A DNA stretch of 64,000 nucleotides, taken from NCBI GenBank assembly GCA_964016885.1, contig OZ024758.1, positions 20,584,001 through 20,648,000 on the forward strand, read 5' to 3'. The notes under the pieces were generated by a model. The model made no database searches. It was not told the origin of the DNA and worked only from the letters and a program-made list of their open reading frames with translations. This document shows positions 61,377 to 64,000 of this stretch, in pieces; the stretch's first letter is position 1, and each line of letters starts with the position of its first letter. This DNA comes from Eledone cirrhosa. Lineage: Eukaryota. The translations under genes and the position numbers were made by a program.

Positions 61377-61613
61377 AGTGTGTGTGCGTGTATATCGGTG
61401 CGCGTGTGTGTGTGTGTTTGCATCTGTGAATGCGTGTCTGTGAATGCCTGTATGTATAAAGTTATCGTATATTGAGTTCAACGATTGCGAAACGCGCGAT
61501 ACGACTGAATATAATATGAAAATGATGCGAATTTCACGCTTTGCACACGTTTACCGACTCTTTATCTGTCTCTATCTCTCTTTCTCTCTCTCCTCTCACC
61601 CTCTGTCTCTCTC

Positions 61614-61683
<70 letters not shown>

Positions 61684-62500
61684 GTATATATATATATATA
61701 TACATACATATATATATATACTCCAGGATATATGGACTTATATATAAGATATTATCCATTTATATTTCCCTACGATGGAAACAATAATGTTAGCTATAAC
61801 ATATACTGTAATAAATCAGTTGCTATGCATTTTCTCTCAATCAACTAAAACGAATAATACCGGCCTCATATGCGAATTATTTTATGAATTTTTGTACCAA
61901 GTTGATATTAATTTATAGAAGGACAATAAATCAGAGTTGATACAAAGCAAAAATAATCTATATCAATTTCATATCCTCTATCTAAAATCTACCTTTGTAT
62001 TAATGTCTTCGTGAGCAAATATACTTGATAGTTTTCGATTGAATAAACCTGTTCTACCTTATCATTTACATCGATAAGAGAATGCATTCATCCTTGTAGA
62101 AATGAATTAACATATATAATTGAAATGCAATCTCGTGTCTAAAAGAGTTTAACAAGTTTATCTATTTACATATATAGGGTGCGGTTAATATCGATTTGGC
62201 GTTGTACTCATTGCAATCTATGTCTCTTTTTCCGTATAACTCATTTCATTTATTAGAGACCAATCGTTACTCATTTTTCAATTAACTTGTGAAGGGCAAG
62301 TGGCTATGTATGATAGATTTATTGATTTTATCTTTCCTTCTCCCCGTGTCAAAGATATTCTTTCTTGTCAACAACTCTGCCATATTTAAGTAATTTGAAA
62401 CATCAACCCACACGTAATGACAGAAATGCCTCCATATGTATCTGGGTGTTGTCATATGCATGTATATATACACAAACATGGATACATACATATGTATGCA

Positions 62501-62581
<81 letters not shown>

Positions 62582-62770
62582 TATATATGTATGTATATAT
62601 GTGTGTGTGTGTGTGTAAACTGTTAAAGGCGATCCGATAAGAGACTGCGAATACAACGTCTCATGGACAATTTAAGCACACGGTAATGTGTGACTCAACA
62701 GGATGTTTAGTTTGGTGACAATTGTGCTTGTATTCCGATGTAAATATATCTTGGAGTAATATTACTCTTA

Positions 62771-62856
<86 letters not shown>

Positions 62857-62859
<3 letters not shown>

Positions 62860-63571
62860 ATTGAGGAAGCACTCAGTCGATGGGACGAGTTAGGTAGGAT
62901 TGGTTACATAACATTTAGTTCAGATTACCGGGAACAATTGTTCCGCCTTAGCGCATCCCCAGCTCGTAATGGACATGGTTATACGGAACAGGAAGGACAG
63001 CCGTACGAACGATCACTTCACACAGGCAATGCTAGGATGTTGTTGTAATTCAATCCGGAGCTTAGGTACCCGGGCAGATGTTCATCCACGAATCTCGCGA
63101 GCCACGTATGGTCGCTCAAGTATAGACTACCCCATTCAATGGAAAGCCATCACTAAGTCCAAGTCATAACAAGGGGAAATCCGTCGTGTGGACTATGTAT
63201 TGATGAACGAATAAATATTCTGAAGAGATTATGCAATAGCGTTTGACTAAACACGAAAAATGAATTATTCACACGTTGTCCACACGTCTCGAAATACCTC
63301 TTACGTAACTATAAATCTCCAGAATAAATGACAACATCCTGATTTTCTTATCAAATAGAAACTTATCGGATTTTCGCAGTTACACCTCTCGCACCTCCCT
63401 TACATTTCTCGCACGTATTTTAGTATTGCCTGTGTGAAGTGATCGTTTATGCGCATGCGCGTTCGTACGGTTGCCCTTCCAGTTCCGTATAACCATGTCC
63501 ATTAGGAGCTTAGGATATGTTAAGGTGCAACAATTGTTCTCGGTATGGTGAACTAACTGTTGTGTAACCAC

Positions 63572-63574
<3 letters not shown>
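62857..63574. mobile_element. Diverged second copy of family B fold-back
   Basis: Both arms align to 1571-1730 / 2290-2520; hammerhead cores decayed; flanked by (TA)n. Confidence 0.8.
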
Positions 63575-63648
<74 letters not shown>

Positions 63649-63703
63649 TATATATATATGTACATTAATTAATTGGGAGTTTAGTCTCCAAATGTATTAT
63701 TAT

Positions 63704-63749
<46 letters not shown>

Positions 63750-63755
63750 ATAATA

Positions 63756-63813
<58 letters not shown>

Positions 63814-63896
63814 TATATATATATATATATATATATAATATGTATATATATATACACATATATATATAATATGTATATATATATATATATAATATG

Positions 63897-63970
<74 letters not shown>

Positions 63971-64000
63971 ATATGTATATATATATATATATAATATGTA

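Overview
AT-rich, microsatellite-saturated animal genomic DNA, probably from an octopod cephalopod (inferred from remembered octopus SINE and TTAA-MITE sequences, not from a search). Almost all listed ORFs are translations of (TA)n, (CA)n and (CT)n. One convincing host coding exon is present (3849-4608, +): a Cys-rich protein with a hydrophobic C-terminus. Other recognisable pieces are a Penelope-like element (PLE) fragment with a GIY-YIG endonuclease (49276-50508), two R4/Dong-type LINE 3' ends in (AAT)n, an RTE 3' end, a mariner-like transposase remnant, a TTAA MITE and about 10 SINE copies. The main hidden signal is in the short 'unique' islands between (TA)n runs. Many carry type I hammerhead ribozyme motifs (stem I - CUGANGA - stem II - GAAA - palindromic stem III - NUH - stem I'). 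I read about 9 intact or near-intact and more than 10 decayed copies from several unrelated families. Many sit in fold-back (inverted-repeat) mini-elements. Variants include a U3-A8 core, a 91-nt stem II and a full monomeric stem III. All folds were read by eye and activity is untested.
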